Of a stretch of DNA of 32,000 nt, positions 12,691-21,459 are shown one piece after another. The notes under the pieces were generated by a model, which saw only the letters and a program-made list of their open reading frames with translations, had not been told where the DNA came from and searched no databases. Origin of the DNA: Delftia acidovorans NBRC 14950. Its GTDB lineage: Bacteria; Pseudomonadota; Gammaproteobacteria; Burkholderiales; Burkholderiaceae_C. Position numbers and translations under genes: made by a program. The stretch is taken from the NCBI RefSeq assembly GCF_001598795.1, contig NZ_BCZP01000009.1, forward strand, positions 60,001-92,000, written 5' to 3'. Each line of letters begins with the position of its first letter. Positions within the stretch are counted from its first letter, which is position 1.

Positions 12691-15159
12691 ATGTCCTCGA
12701 ACTATGACGACGTCCTGGGCCAGCTCGTCCAGGCCGGCCTGGAGGTGGATCGGCTCGAAGTGGGGCGCCTGCGCCGCTGCCGGGTCGAGGGCCGGGGCAA
12801 GGAAAAGCCCGGCTGGTATCTGCTGCATGAGATGCGGCTGGACAACGGCAATGATCTGATCGTCGGCAGCTTCGGCGTCTGGAGCGGCGCCGAGAACAAT
12901 GCCCGCAAGGTCGAGATCCGCAAGTCGGAGCTCAGCCGCGAGCAGTCCGAGGCGCTGCGCAAGCGCCTGGCCGAAGACAAGCGCCGCGCCGAGGCGGAGC
13001 GCAAGGCCGAGGCCGAGCGCGCAGCGGCCAGGGCCACGGCCGCATGGAAGAAATGCCAGCCGACGGGCGACAGCGACTACCTGGCCCGCAAGGGCGTGGG
13101 CGGCTACGGTGTGCGCCACTCGCCCAGCGGCGCCATGGTCATCCCGCTGCTGGACGCCATGGGCCACATCCACGGCCTGCAGATCATCCGCGGCAAGGAT
13201 CGCAAGCCCGGCACGCGCGAGAAGGAATACTGGCCGCTGGGCCTGGTCAAGAAGGGGCGCTTCCACCTGATCGGCATGCCGGTGCCTGGCGGGGTGGTGC
13301 TGGTCGCCGAGGGCTATGCGACGGCGGCCAGCCTGCACATGGCCACCAACGTGCCGGTGGCCGTGGCCTTCGACGCCAACAACGTGCCGCTGGTGGCCGA
13401 GGCGCTGCGCGCCCGCTACAAGGGCGTGCGCCTGCTGATGTGCGCCGACGACGACAACACGCAGCGCTGCCATGCCAAGGACGAGGCCGAGAGCCAGCGC
13501 CTGGGCAAGCATGTGGAGTGCCGGGCCCGGGTGTGGCTGCCCGACGGCCGGACCTGCCCGAAGTGCGGCCAGGACCACAACGCGGGCAATGCCGGCATGA
13601 CCATGGCCAGCACGGCCGCCATGCAGGTGGACGGCCAGTGGTTGGCGCCAGCCTTTGCCGATCCGGTGGCGTTGCGCGCCGGCTGGCTTGACGATGGCGC
13701 CAAGCTCAACGACTTCAACGACCTGCATCTGGCCGAAGGGCTGCATGTGGTGCGCGCCCAGGTGGAGGCCCGCCTGCTGGAATTGGGGTGGCGCACGCGC
13801 AGCGGGGCACAGCGCCTGCAGCCCAGCCGGGGGGAGGGGGGTGGCACGGTGCTGGAGCAGCTGCGGCCCATCGACAGCCTGGACGAGCTGCTGGAACGTT
13901 TTGCCCTGGTGTACGGCCAGGGCGGCGCAGTGTTCGACCACGACGAGCACCGGCTGGTGACCCTCACCGACATGGGCCACATCTGCCTGAGCCGCGACCT
14001 GTATCGGACCTGGAGCGAGCACCCCGACCGGCAGATCGTGCGGCCCGAGCAGGTGGGATTCGACCCGGCGTGCACGGATGAGTCCATCACCTGCAATCTG
14101 TGGGACGGCTGGCCCACCCGGCCCAAGCCTGGCAGCTGCGAGAAGCTGCTGGAGCTGCTGTGGCACATGTGCAGCGGCGACGGCAACGCGGATGTGCTCT
14201 ACAACTGGGTGATCAGCTGGCTGGCCTACCCGCTGCAGCACCCAGGCGCGAAGATGAAATCCGCAATCGTCGTGCACGGGCCGCAGGGCACGGGCAAGAA
14301 CATGTTCTTCGAGGCCTACATGGCCATCTTCGGCAAGTACGGCTGGACCATCGACCAGTCCGCCATCGAGGACAAGTTCAACGACTGGGCCAGTCGCAAG
14401 CTGTTCCTGATCGCCGACGAGGTGGTGGCCCGCTCTGATCTGTACCACGTCAAGAACAAGCTCAAGGCCTTCATCACCGGGGACCAGATCCGCATCAATC
14501 CCAAGAACATGGCGGCCTACTACGAGGCCAACCACGTCAACATGGTGTTCCTGTCCAACGAGGCCATGCCCGTGGTGCTCGAAGAGGACGACCGGCGCCA
14601 CGCCATCATCTGGACGCCAGCCAAGCTGGATGCCGAGTTCTACCGGGCCGTAAAGGCGGAGATCGATGCTGGCGGCGCCGCTGCGCTGTACGACTTCCTG
14701 TTGGGCTGGGATGTGGGCGATTTCGACAACGCCACGCAGCCCCCCATGACCGAGGCCAAGCAGGAGCTGATCGCACTGAGTCTGGACAGCCCGAGCAAGT
14801 TCGTGCGGGCCTTCGAGGCAGGGGACGTGCCAGGCTTCCCTGGCAAGGGCGCGCCGGGCCTGCTGACGCCGTGCCTGACCACGGACATCTACGAGCTCTA
14901 CAAGTGGTGGTGCGGCAACACCAATGAGAAGGCGTTGACCCTACCCAGGTTCGCCAACGCTCTCAAGCGCAAGCACCAGGCCGGCATCGAGCGCAAACGC
15001 TACGTGCTGGATTTCAACCGGACGGTAGGCCCTGCCAGCGTCTGCTATCTGCCCGGTGGCCAGGAGCTGCCCCCCGGCCGCCCCGAGACGGAGTGGCTGG
15101 GCGAGCGCATCGACGTCTTCAAGCGGTCGATGAAAGACGCCAAGGGAGGTGCCCTGTGA
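12691..15159 (+). CDS. replicative primase-helicase fusion: Toprim primase plus SF3 (P4-alpha / D5-like) helicase (822 aa)
   Basis: Toprim motifs VLVAEGYATAASL and LLMCADDD. A Cys4-type insertion (C..C...CPKC) lies in the primase part. Walker A VVHGPQGTGKN (about 14270-14300) and Walker B LFLIADEV (about 14400-14424). GGGAG SD. Confidence 0.9.
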   Translation: MSSNYDDVLGQLVQAGLEVDRLEVGRLRRCRVEGRGKEKPGWYLLHEMRLDNGNDLIVGSFGVWSGAENNARKVEIRKSELSREQSEALRKRLAEDKRRAEAERKAEAERAAARATAAWKKCQPTGDSDYLARKGVGGYGVRHSPSGAMVIPLLDAMGHIHGLQIIRGKDRKPGTREKEYWPLGLVKKGRFHLIGMPVPGGVVLVAEGYATAASLHMATNVPVAVAFDANNVPLVAEALRARYKGVRLLMCADDDNTQRCHAKDEAESQRLGKHVECRARVWLPDGRTCPKCGQDHNAGNAGMTMASTAAMQVDGQWLAPAFADPVALRAGWLDDGAKLNDFNDLHLAEGLHVVRAQVEARLLELGWRTRSGAQRLQPSRGEGGGTVLEQLRPIDSLDELLERFALVYGQGGAVFDHDEHRLVTLTDMGHICLSRDLYRTWSEHPDRQIVRPEQVGFDPACTDESITCNLWDGWPTRPKPGSCEKLLELLWHMCSGDGNADVLYNWVISWLAYPLQHPGAKMKSAIVVHGPQGTGKNMFFEAYMAIFGKYGWTIDQSAIEDKFNDWASRKLFLIADEVVARSDLYHVKNKLKAFITGDQIRINPKNMAAYYEANHVNMVFLSNEAMPVVLEEDDRRHAIIWTPAKLDAEFYRAVKAEIDAGGAAALYDFLLGWDVGDFDNATQPPMTEAKQELIALSLDSPSKFVRAFEAGDVPGFPGKGAPGLLTPCLTTDIYELYKWWCGNTNEKALTLPRFANALKRKHQAGIERKRYVLDFNRTVGPASVCYLPGGQELPPGRPETEWLGERIDVFKRSMKDAKGGAL

Positions 15160-15185
15160 AGCACTGCACCCTCGCTCGCCCTGAT

Positions 15186-15437
15186 CTGTGCGGCATGTGC
15201 GGCATGCCGTGCGGCTTCGCGTGCGTCATTAAGTCATTGATTTCAAAGGCATGTGCGGCATGTGCGCCATCCCTCCTTATGTGTGTGGGCGCAGGCGTGT
15301 GCGCACACCTGCGCAGGTGCGCGCATGTGCCTATGCGTGAGCATGGCGCACATACCGCACATAGCGCACACATCAAGCGCGACAAGCACTTACGTCATTT
15401 TCACGACGCACATCTAGCCGCACTACATACCGCACAA
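15186..15437. repeat. dyad-symmetric iteron array (candidate origin of replication)
   Basis: Forward ATGTGCG(G/C) copies at 15187, 15195, 15209 (partial), 15251, 15260 and 15325 (partial). Reverse (C/G)CGCACAT copies at 15346, 15355, 15364 and 15407, with degenerate copies at 15419 and 15430. Adjacent copies are 9 bp apart. Central palindrome GTGTGCGCACAC (15297-15308). AT-rich patch GTCATTAAGTCATTGATTTCAAAGG (15225-15249). Confidence 0.8.
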
Positions 15438-15458
15438 CCCTTTTTGAAAGGAAAAGAG

Positions 15459-15698
15459 ATGGAGAGAGAAGAAAAGAGGGTGATTGGCTGCACGGCCGAG
15501 AACGCTGCTCTGGTGCGCGACGTGGTCAAGACCTGGCCGCAGCTGCACGGGCTGGTCCACCAGCTGCAGGCCGCCGGCATCTTCCCTGGCTTGCGTTCCC
15601 TGGAGTTCACACTGCGCGGCGGCCCACAGTTCCGGGCCCAGGGCCTGGAGGCGCTTGTGGCGAGCCGCGCGGCAGTGGAAGAGGGGGGCGCGGCATGA
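15459..15698 (+). CDS. hypothetical protein (79 aa)
   Basis: ATG at 15459 is preceded by GAAAGGAAAAGAG. The upstream part of track ORF 15093-15698 is merely translated iterons. Confidence 0.6.
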   Translation: MEREEKRVIGCTAENAALVRDVVKTWPQLHGLVHQLQAAGIFPGLRSLEFTLRGGPQFRAQGLEALVASRAAVEEGGAA

Positions 15699-16540
15699 GC
15701 AGCTTCTCCGTCGAAATGTCGGCCCGGGTGCTGGGCCAGGCCGAATTGCTGGCCCAGCTGCACGGCATGACCGGAGCACAGGCGGCAGGCGCCTACGCCA
15801 AGGCCATCAACGACACGGCATTCGAGGTGCGGCGCGCCATGCAGGCCGAGATGCGTGCCCGGTTCGACCGGCCCACGGACTACATCCTGCGCTCGCCGCG
15901 CGTGAAGATGGCTACGGCGGCGCGCCTGTCGGCCTCGATCGCGCCGGACTACATGGGCGGCAAGGGGATTGATCCGCAGAAGATCCTGCGTGCCCAGGGC
16001 GAGGGCGGCACCCGCCGCGACAAGCGAAGTGAGGTGGCTCTGCGGCGCGCCGGGATTCTTCCTAACGGATATCAGACTGCAATTCCAGCCGATAGGTATG
16101 GCGGGCCGTATCCGGGTAGCGACGATGGGCGCGGCAACCTCAAGGGCAGCTTTCTGGTGCAGCTGCTGGCGTACTTCCAGGCCTTTGCAGATGAGGGGCG
16201 TGGCTTCAAGGCCAACATGACCGAGAAGGGCTACAAGCGCGTGCACAAGGGCACGAAGAAGGCTGTGGGCCGGCGCTACTTCGTGGCCTACGGCAAGGCA
16301 CGCGGCGGCGCGCGCACCACGGCCCTGGGCGAAGCCGACGCCCGCACGTCCCACCTTGCCCCGGGTATCTGGGCTGCGAGCGGCACGGGCGGCGCGGATG
16401 TGCGCGCCGTGCTGTTGTTCGTGAAGCGGGCCCACTACAGCGTGCGCCTGGAGAGCGAAGCAATCGCCAAGCGCGCCGACGCACAGAACTACCTGGAAAA
16501 GCGCCTGCGCTATCGCGTAAGGGAGGCGGCCGGAGTATGA
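15695..16540 (+). CDS. hypothetical basic phage protein (281 aa)
   Basis: ATGA coupling on both sides. Good codon bias. No family recognised. Confidence 0.7.
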   Translation: MSSFSVEMSARVLGQAELLAQLHGMTGAQAAGAYAKAINDTAFEVRRAMQAEMRARFDRPTDYILRSPRVKMATAARLSASIAPDYMGGKGIDPQKILRAQGEGGTRRDKRSEVALRRAGILPNGYQTAIPADRYGGPYPGSDDGRGNLKGSFLVQLLAYFQAFADEGRGFKANMTEKGYKRVHKGTKKAVGRRYFVAYGKARGGARTTALGEADARTSHLAPGIWAASGTGGADVRAVLLFVKRAHYSVRLESEAIAKRADAQNYLEKRLRYRVREAAGV

Positions 16541-17154
16541 GCGAGCACCGCATGCATCCTGAAGAAATGAGCCTGGGCGAGTTCAACCGCCACATGGGCT
16601 ACAAGGGCCGCTTCGCCTGGCAGCTCAAGAATGAGCAGCGCCTGGTAATGAGCGATGACGGCAAGCGTGTGCGCGTGGCCGATTCCATCCGCTTGATCAA
16701 CGAAACCAAGGACCCCAGCCGGGCCGCTGTGGCCGCCCGCCATGCCGCTGGCAGACAGGGCGCGCTGGCCTCCGCGCCAGAAGAACCGGAGGACGACAGC
16801 GAGAGCGCTGTCTCTGAGCCGGGTGCGACGGGCAGCGGTTTCAAGTTTCACGACGGCAAGGCCAAGCGTGAGCACTATTCGGCGCTGCGCGAGGAGATTG
16901 CCTACTTCAAGGAAGTGGGCCAGCTCATGGATGCCGACGAAGCCCTTGGTGCCTTCGCGGACGCGGGGGCGCGCGTGGGCGCGGTGCTGGACACCGTGCC
17001 CGCCAGCGTCGGCCCCATGCTGGTGGGGCAGCCTGCCGAGGAGATTGTGAGGATCCTGGAAGACCAGATGGATGTGGCCCGGGCCGAGCTGGCCGTGGCC
17101 GTCGAAAAGCTGGCCGCCGAGATCAGCAAGCGCAGGAAAGAGGGGACCGCTTGA
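16537..17154 (+). CDS. putative terminase small subunit (205 aa)
   Basis: Lies immediately upstream of, and coupled to, the gpA-type TerL. Acidic middle and coiled-coil C-terminus. Assignment rests mainly on position. Confidence 0.6.
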   Translation: MSEHRMHPEEMSLGEFNRHMGYKGRFAWQLKNEQRLVMSDDGKRVRVADSIRLINETKDPSRAAVAARHAAGRQGALASAPEEPEDDSESAVSEPGATGSGFKFHDGKAKREHYSALREEIAYFKEVGQLMDADEALGAFADAGARVGAVLDTVPASVGPMLVGQPAEEIVRILEDQMDVARAELAVAVEKLAAEISKRRKEGTA

Positions 17155-19130
17155 ACAGCGCCGCACAACGAAACATCGGCTGCCCCAGCGTCGCGCTGCG
17201 CGCCATGGCCAAGACCATAGGGCCACGCAAGCGCCGGTCCGTCAGCCAGTGGGCGGATGCAGAGCGCAAGCTCTCGGGCAAGGGCAGCGCGATTACCGGG
17301 CAATGGCGCACCAGCCGCAACCCGCCGCTGCGCGAGCCCATGGACTGCGCATCGCCCAAGTCCGGGGTGCATGAAATCGTCTTGATGTTCCCCATCCAGT
17401 TCGGCAAGACCGAGGTGGAGGTCAACATCCTGGGCCACACCATGACCGACGACCCGTGCCCGGTGATGGTCGTGCTGCCCGGCGAAGTCTCGATGAACAA
17501 ATGGGTCAACCAGAAGTTGAACCCCATGATCGAGGAATGCGACGCGGTGCGCGGGGCGCTGCGCAGCGTGGCCAGCCGGGATGCCAGCAACACGCGCGAG
17601 TTCAAGGACTTCGTGGGCGGCCAGCTGTACATGGAGCATGCCGGCTCGCCCTCGCGCGCCAAGTCCTCCTCGATCCGCAAGCTGTTGGTCGACGAGCTCG
17701 ATGAGATCGCGGCCAACTGGAAGGGCGGCGACGACCCTGTCGAGATGTTCGACGGCCGCACCAGCGCCTTCCCGGCCACCGGCCTGCGCGTGTACATCAG
17801 CAGCCCCCAGGTACGGGGCCTGAGCCGCATCGAGGCCAAGTACCTCAAGTCCGACCAGCGCCGCTACCACGTCCCGTGCCCGCACTGCAGCCACATGCAG
17901 CCCCTGAAATGGTCGGGCCTGCACTGGAGCCCTGATCGGTCCAAGGTCTGGTATGTCTGCGAGGAAAACGGCTGCTGCATCGATGAGCACCACAAGACGG
18001 CCATGATCGCCGCCGGCCGCTGGGTCGCCGAGAACCCCGACAGCAAGATCCGCGGCTACCACATCAACTGCCTGTACTACCAGTTTGGCCTGGGCCCGAC
18101 CTGGGCCACCCTGGTGGAGATGTGGCTCGACGTGCAGGGCGACCCGGCCCGGCTCAAGACGTTTGTGAATGACCGCCTGGCCGAGCCCTGGGAGGACAAG
18201 TCCATGCGTCTGGTGCGCCACAACGTCATCCAGGAGCGGGCCGAGCCCTACGTGCTGCGCGTTGCGCCCCGTGGTGTGCTCTACGTCACGGCGGGCGTGG
18301 ACACGCAGGACGACCGGCTGGCTGTGCACCTGACCGGCTGGGGCCGCGGCATGGCCTTCTGGACGCTGGACTACTTCGAGCTGCCAGGCGACCCCGCCGA
18401 GGGCGCCGTGTGGGCGGCCTTGACCGAGGCACTCAACAAGGCCATTCAGCGCGTGGACGGCGTGCTGCTGCGCGTGGAGGCCATGGCCCAGGACCAGGGC
18501 GGCCACCGCACCGACGAGGTCAAGAACTACATCCGCCAGGCCCTGGTGCGCCGGCCCATGTCCATCCATGGAGCCATCGCCAACAACGCGCCCGTGCTCA
18601 GCAAGCCCAAGCTGATGGACGTCACCCACAAGGGCAGGACGGACAAGAAGGGCGTGCGGGTCTACACGGTGGGTACGGTGTCTTGCAAGGACTGGCTGTT
18701 CGGCCGGCTCAGCGTGGATGCGGAGCGCAAGCCCGAGGAGCGCGTCACGCACTTCAGCGACCAGCTGGATGCCTTCTATTTCGCAGGCTTGGTGTCGGAG
18801 ACCTACGACCCCTCGAAAAACCGCTATGTGGTGAAGAAGGGCGCGCGCAACGAGCCGCTGGACACCTGGTGCTACAGCTATGCCGCAGCCCATCACCCTG
18901 AGCTGCGCCTGCACCGGCACCGGGAGGTTGATTGGGACGCGCGTGAGAAGTACCTGTTGCAACAGCTTGCGCGGCAGCCGGATGGATCCTTTGTGCCCGC
19001 CGCTCCGCTCCCACGGAACGGCACTTCGCCCGAACCCGCCAGCCCGCCAGCGCCCACCAAGCCGAGGCCTGCACCACGCCGGCCACAGAAATCCCACTTT
19101 GCCTCTGATGATTGGAGTAGCCGACTATGA
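17151..19130 (+). CDS. terminase large subunit, lambda gpA family (659 aa, TTG start)
   Basis: VSQWADAERKLSGKGSAITGQWRTSRNPPLREPMD... and overall length fit Terminase_GpA. TTG at 17151 is preceded by GGAAAGAGGGG and overlaps the TerS stop. An alternative ATG lies at 17205. Confidence 0.9.
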   Translation: MNSAAQRNIGCPSVALRAMAKTIGPRKRRSVSQWADAERKLSGKGSAITGQWRTSRNPPLREPMDCASPKSGVHEIVLMFPIQFGKTEVEVNILGHTMTDDPCPVMVVLPGEVSMNKWVNQKLNPMIEECDAVRGALRSVASRDASNTREFKDFVGGQLYMEHAGSPSRAKSSSIRKLLVDELDEIAANWKGGDDPVEMFDGRTSAFPATGLRVYISSPQVRGLSRIEAKYLKSDQRRYHVPCPHCSHMQPLKWSGLHWSPDRSKVWYVCEENGCCIDEHHKTAMIAAGRWVAENPDSKIRGYHINCLYYQFGLGPTWATLVEMWLDVQGDPARLKTFVNDRLAEPWEDKSMRLVRHNVIQERAEPYVLRVAPRGVLYVTAGVDTQDDRLAVHLTGWGRGMAFWTLDYFELPGDPAEGAVWAALTEALNKAIQRVDGVLLRVEAMAQDQGGHRTDEVKNYIRQALVRRPMSIHGAIANNAPVLSKPKLMDVTHKGRTDKKGVRVYTVGTVSCKDWLFGRLSVDAERKPEERVTHFSDQLDAFYFAGLVSETYDPSKNRYVVKKGARNEPLDTWCYSYAAAHHPELRLHRHREVDWDAREKYLLQQLARQPDGSFVPAAPLPRNGTSPEPASPPAPTKPRPAPRRPQKSHFASDDWSSRL

Positions 19131-19513
19131 ACACACAACCCCAATGCCTTGATGCACAGGCGGCAGATGCTGTCTTGCAACTGGAATACGACCTGGTCGA
19201 GATGGTGAGGGAGGAAATGGGTTGGCCCGAAGCCCAGGCCTATCCCTTGGCCAAGGCTTTGGTGCGAGGGATGCGCAAGCGGTATGGGGGCATGCGCATC
19301 GGTGGTCGCGGCGCGGCCATCTACATCCCAGCGCCAAGCAAGGAGGAGCGGAACGAGGCAATCAGGCGGGAGTTCGATGGAACGAACCGGGCGGCCGTCA
19401 TGGCCAAGTACGGCATCAAGCGCACGCAGCTGTATCGCATCATCAGCCGGCGACCCGGGGCTGCGCGGATTGGCGTGTCCAGCGCGAAAGTCCCATTTTT
19501 CGACAAGAAATGA
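19127..19513 (+). CDS. Mor-family transcriptional activator-like protein (128 aa)
   Basis: C-terminal IYIPAPSKEERNEAIRREFDGTNRAAVMAKYGIKRTQLYRIISRR matches the Mu Mor/C-type HTH pattern. ATGA overlap with the TerL stop. Confidence 0.75.
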   Translation: MNTQPQCLDAQAADAVLQLEYDLVEMVREEMGWPEAQAYPLAKALVRGMRKRYGGMRIGGRGAAIYIPAPSKEERNEAIRREFDGTNRAAVMAKYGIKRTQLYRIISRRPGAARIGVSSAKVPFFDKK

Positions 19514-19558
19514 AACAGGCATTGCTGTAGCTTGCGATCACCAATCTAGGGGCTGCAC

Positions 19559-19780
19559 ATGACTGCCATCACCAAGGAACATCTTGATCAGCTCGACCTG
19601 GCAATCGCCACGGGAGAGCTGACCGTCTCGTACAGGGGACGGACACACACCTACCAAACCACCGACCAGATGCTCAAGGCGCGCGCCCACATTGCCCGGC
19701 TGCTTCGGCAGCAAAGCGGTGCTGGGACTGCCGCCTTTGCAGGCCGGAGCTACGGCCTCGCCAGTTTTGATCGGGAATGA
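19559..19780 (+). CDS. gpW-like head-tail joining protein (73 aa)
   Basis: Size, position between TerL and portal, and LDQLDLAIATGELTVSYRGRTHTYQTTDQMLKARAHIARLL fit the gpW family. Confidence 0.75.
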   Translation: MTAITKEHLDQLDLAIATGELTVSYRGRTHTYQTTDQMLKARAHIARLLRQQSGAGTAAFAGRSYGLASFDRE

Positions 19781-19789
19781 AAGCCCACC

Positions 19790-21349
19790 ATGACCCTGAA
19801 CCTGATTGATCGACTCGTTGGCTGGTGGTCTCCCGTGGATGGCGTGCGCCGTGCTCAGGCACGCAATGTGCTCGCCCACTATGAGGCCGCTCAACCCACC
19901 CGGCTGCGCAAGCACCGCAACATCAACCCATCGCCCAATAGCCTGGTGGAGCGCAGCGCTGGTGCCCTGCGCAACCATGCCCGCTACCTGGAGCGGAATC
20001 ACGACCTGACCCGGGGTGCGCTGCGGACCCTCGTCAACAATGTGGTCGGTCCCAATGGCATCGGTATCGAACCGCAGCCGCGGCGACGCGATGGCTCGAT
20101 ACACACGGAATATGCCGAACAGCTGCGGCGGTTGCGGCGACAGTGGTGTCGGCGGCCAGAAGTCACGGGCCGCATGCATTGGGCCCAGGCCGAGCGCATG
20201 TCGGCCTACAGCTGGATACGCGATGGCGAGATGTTCTCCCAACTGGTTATAGGGGAAGTCGCCGGGCTCAGGCATGCCGGATCGGTGCCGTTCAGCATTG
20301 AATTGCTGGAGGCGGATTTCGTGCCGCTGGAGTACAGCGACCTGAACCGCAAGATCCGCCAAGGCATACAGGTCAATGACTGGGGCCGGCCTGTGAATTA
20401 CCACGTCTTCCGACGAGACCCCCGTGAGGCTGGGGCGTGGATCTCCCCGACAGATCTCAAAAGCATCCCGGCGGCAAATATGCTGCATGTTTCGACCATG
20501 GATCGTCTCCACCAATGGCGCGGGATAAGTGAATTCGCCAGTGTCCTTAATCGTGTCGAAGATCTCAAGGACTACGAGGAAAGTGAGCGAATTGCCGCCA
20601 AAATCGCCGCGTCCATGGCGGCATACGTGAAGCGCAATGCGGGTACGGACGGCTTTGATACCGAACAAGATAAGCGCGAGAAAGACGAAGATGGCAGGCC
20701 GATCCCGCGTGAAATGCGCATGCAACCGGGAATGATCTTTGACGACCTGATGGTGGGCGAAGAGATCGGGCTCATCGACACCAATCGGCCCAACCCCAAC
20801 CTGGTAGCCTGGCGCAGCGGCCAGTTGCGGGCCTATGCGGCGGGGATCGGTGCCAGCTACAGCAGCATCAGTCGTGACTACAGCGGAACATACAGCGCGT
20901 TGCGCCAAGAGCTGGTGGAGCAATGGGTGCACTATGCGGTGCTGGCCGACGACTTTGCGGGCCAGTTCAGCCTGCCGGTTTGGGAAACCCTGGTACGTGT
21001 TGCGCACTTGAGCAACGTCTTGCCAATCCCCAAGGATGTCGAACCGGGGACAGAGGCAGAGTGCTTGCTGATCGGCCAGGCCATGCCCTGGATCGATCCA
21101 CTCAAGGAGGCAAACGCCTGGGAGAAGCTGGTGCGCGGAGGGTTTGCCAGCGAGGTTGAGGTCATCCGGCGCCGGGGCGGCAATCCTCGGGAGACGTTGG
21201 ACCAGATCCAACAGTTCCGGCGTGATGCCGCAGAGAGGGGACTCCGCATGGCTTCGAATCCTGCGGATGACCGGGCAGCACCGTTGACTCCCGATGGCAG
21301 CGAGGATCCCGACCAGGAGGAGGGGGTCAAGGTCACGCCAGACACCTGA
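19790..21349 (+). CDS. portal protein, lambda gpB family (519 aa)
   Basis: The N-terminus LIDRLVGWWSPVDGVRRAQARNVL...YEAAQPTRLRK...LERNHDLTRGAL.. is typical of Phage_portal_2. Gene order agrees. Confidence 0.9.
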   Translation: MTLNLIDRLVGWWSPVDGVRRAQARNVLAHYEAAQPTRLRKHRNINPSPNSLVERSAGALRNHARYLERNHDLTRGALRTLVNNVVGPNGIGIEPQPRRRDGSIHTEYAEQLRRLRRQWCRRPEVTGRMHWAQAERMSAYSWIRDGEMFSQLVIGEVAGLRHAGSVPFSIELLEADFVPLEYSDLNRKIRQGIQVNDWGRPVNYHVFRRDPREAGAWISPTDLKSIPAANMLHVSTMDRLHQWRGISEFASVLNRVEDLKDYEESERIAAKIAASMAAYVKRNAGTDGFDTEQDKREKDEDGRPIPREMRMQPGMIFDDLMVGEEIGLIDTNRPNPNLVAWRSGQLRAYAAGIGASYSSISRDYSGTYSALRQELVEQWVHYAVLADDFAGQFSLPVWETLVRVAHLSNVLPIPKDVEPGTEAECLLIGQAMPWIDPLKEANAWEKLVRGGFASEVEVIRRRGGNPRETLDQIQQFRRDAAERGLRMASNPADDRAAPLTPDGSEDPDQEEGVKVTPDT

Positions 21350-21407
21350 CATCCACAACTCTGCAAATAGTCCCATTTCTCGGCAAGAAATGGGACGCCT
21401 AGAAAAA

Positions 21408-21457
21408 GAAACTGCCTGCATTCGCCCTGTTTGGGCTCAACGAATGCAGGCAGTTTC
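21408..21457 (+). other. perfect 17-bp stem-loop immediately upstream of the protease-capsid start
   Basis: GAAACTGCCTGCATTCG (21408-21424) and CGAATGCAGGCAGTTTC (21441-21457) are exact reverse complements with a 16-nt loop. The ATG at 21460 follows 2 nt later with no SD. Confidence 0.9.
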
Positions 21458-21459
21458 AC

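Noticed and set aside
12586-14601. 671-aa minus-strand ORF
   Set aside because: It is antisense to the primase-helicase, which carries Toprim and Walker motifs. The composition is that of a shadow ORF.
15186-15437. Possible CRISPR array
   Set aside because: The repeat units are only 8-9 bp, directly abutting or irregularly spaced, and present in both orientations. There are no 25-40-bp repeats with unique spacers.
15093-15458. Cys/His-rich N-terminal extension of ORF 15093-15698, and the minus ORF 15119-15385
   Set aside because: The Cys/His richness is just the translation of the TGTGCGGCATG-type iterons. The real gene most likely starts at ATG 15459, which has a strong SD.
16902-19097. 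731-aa minus-strand ORF
   Set aside because: It is antisense to the gpA-type terminase large subunit. The translation is Gly/Ala/Arg-rich with no start context.
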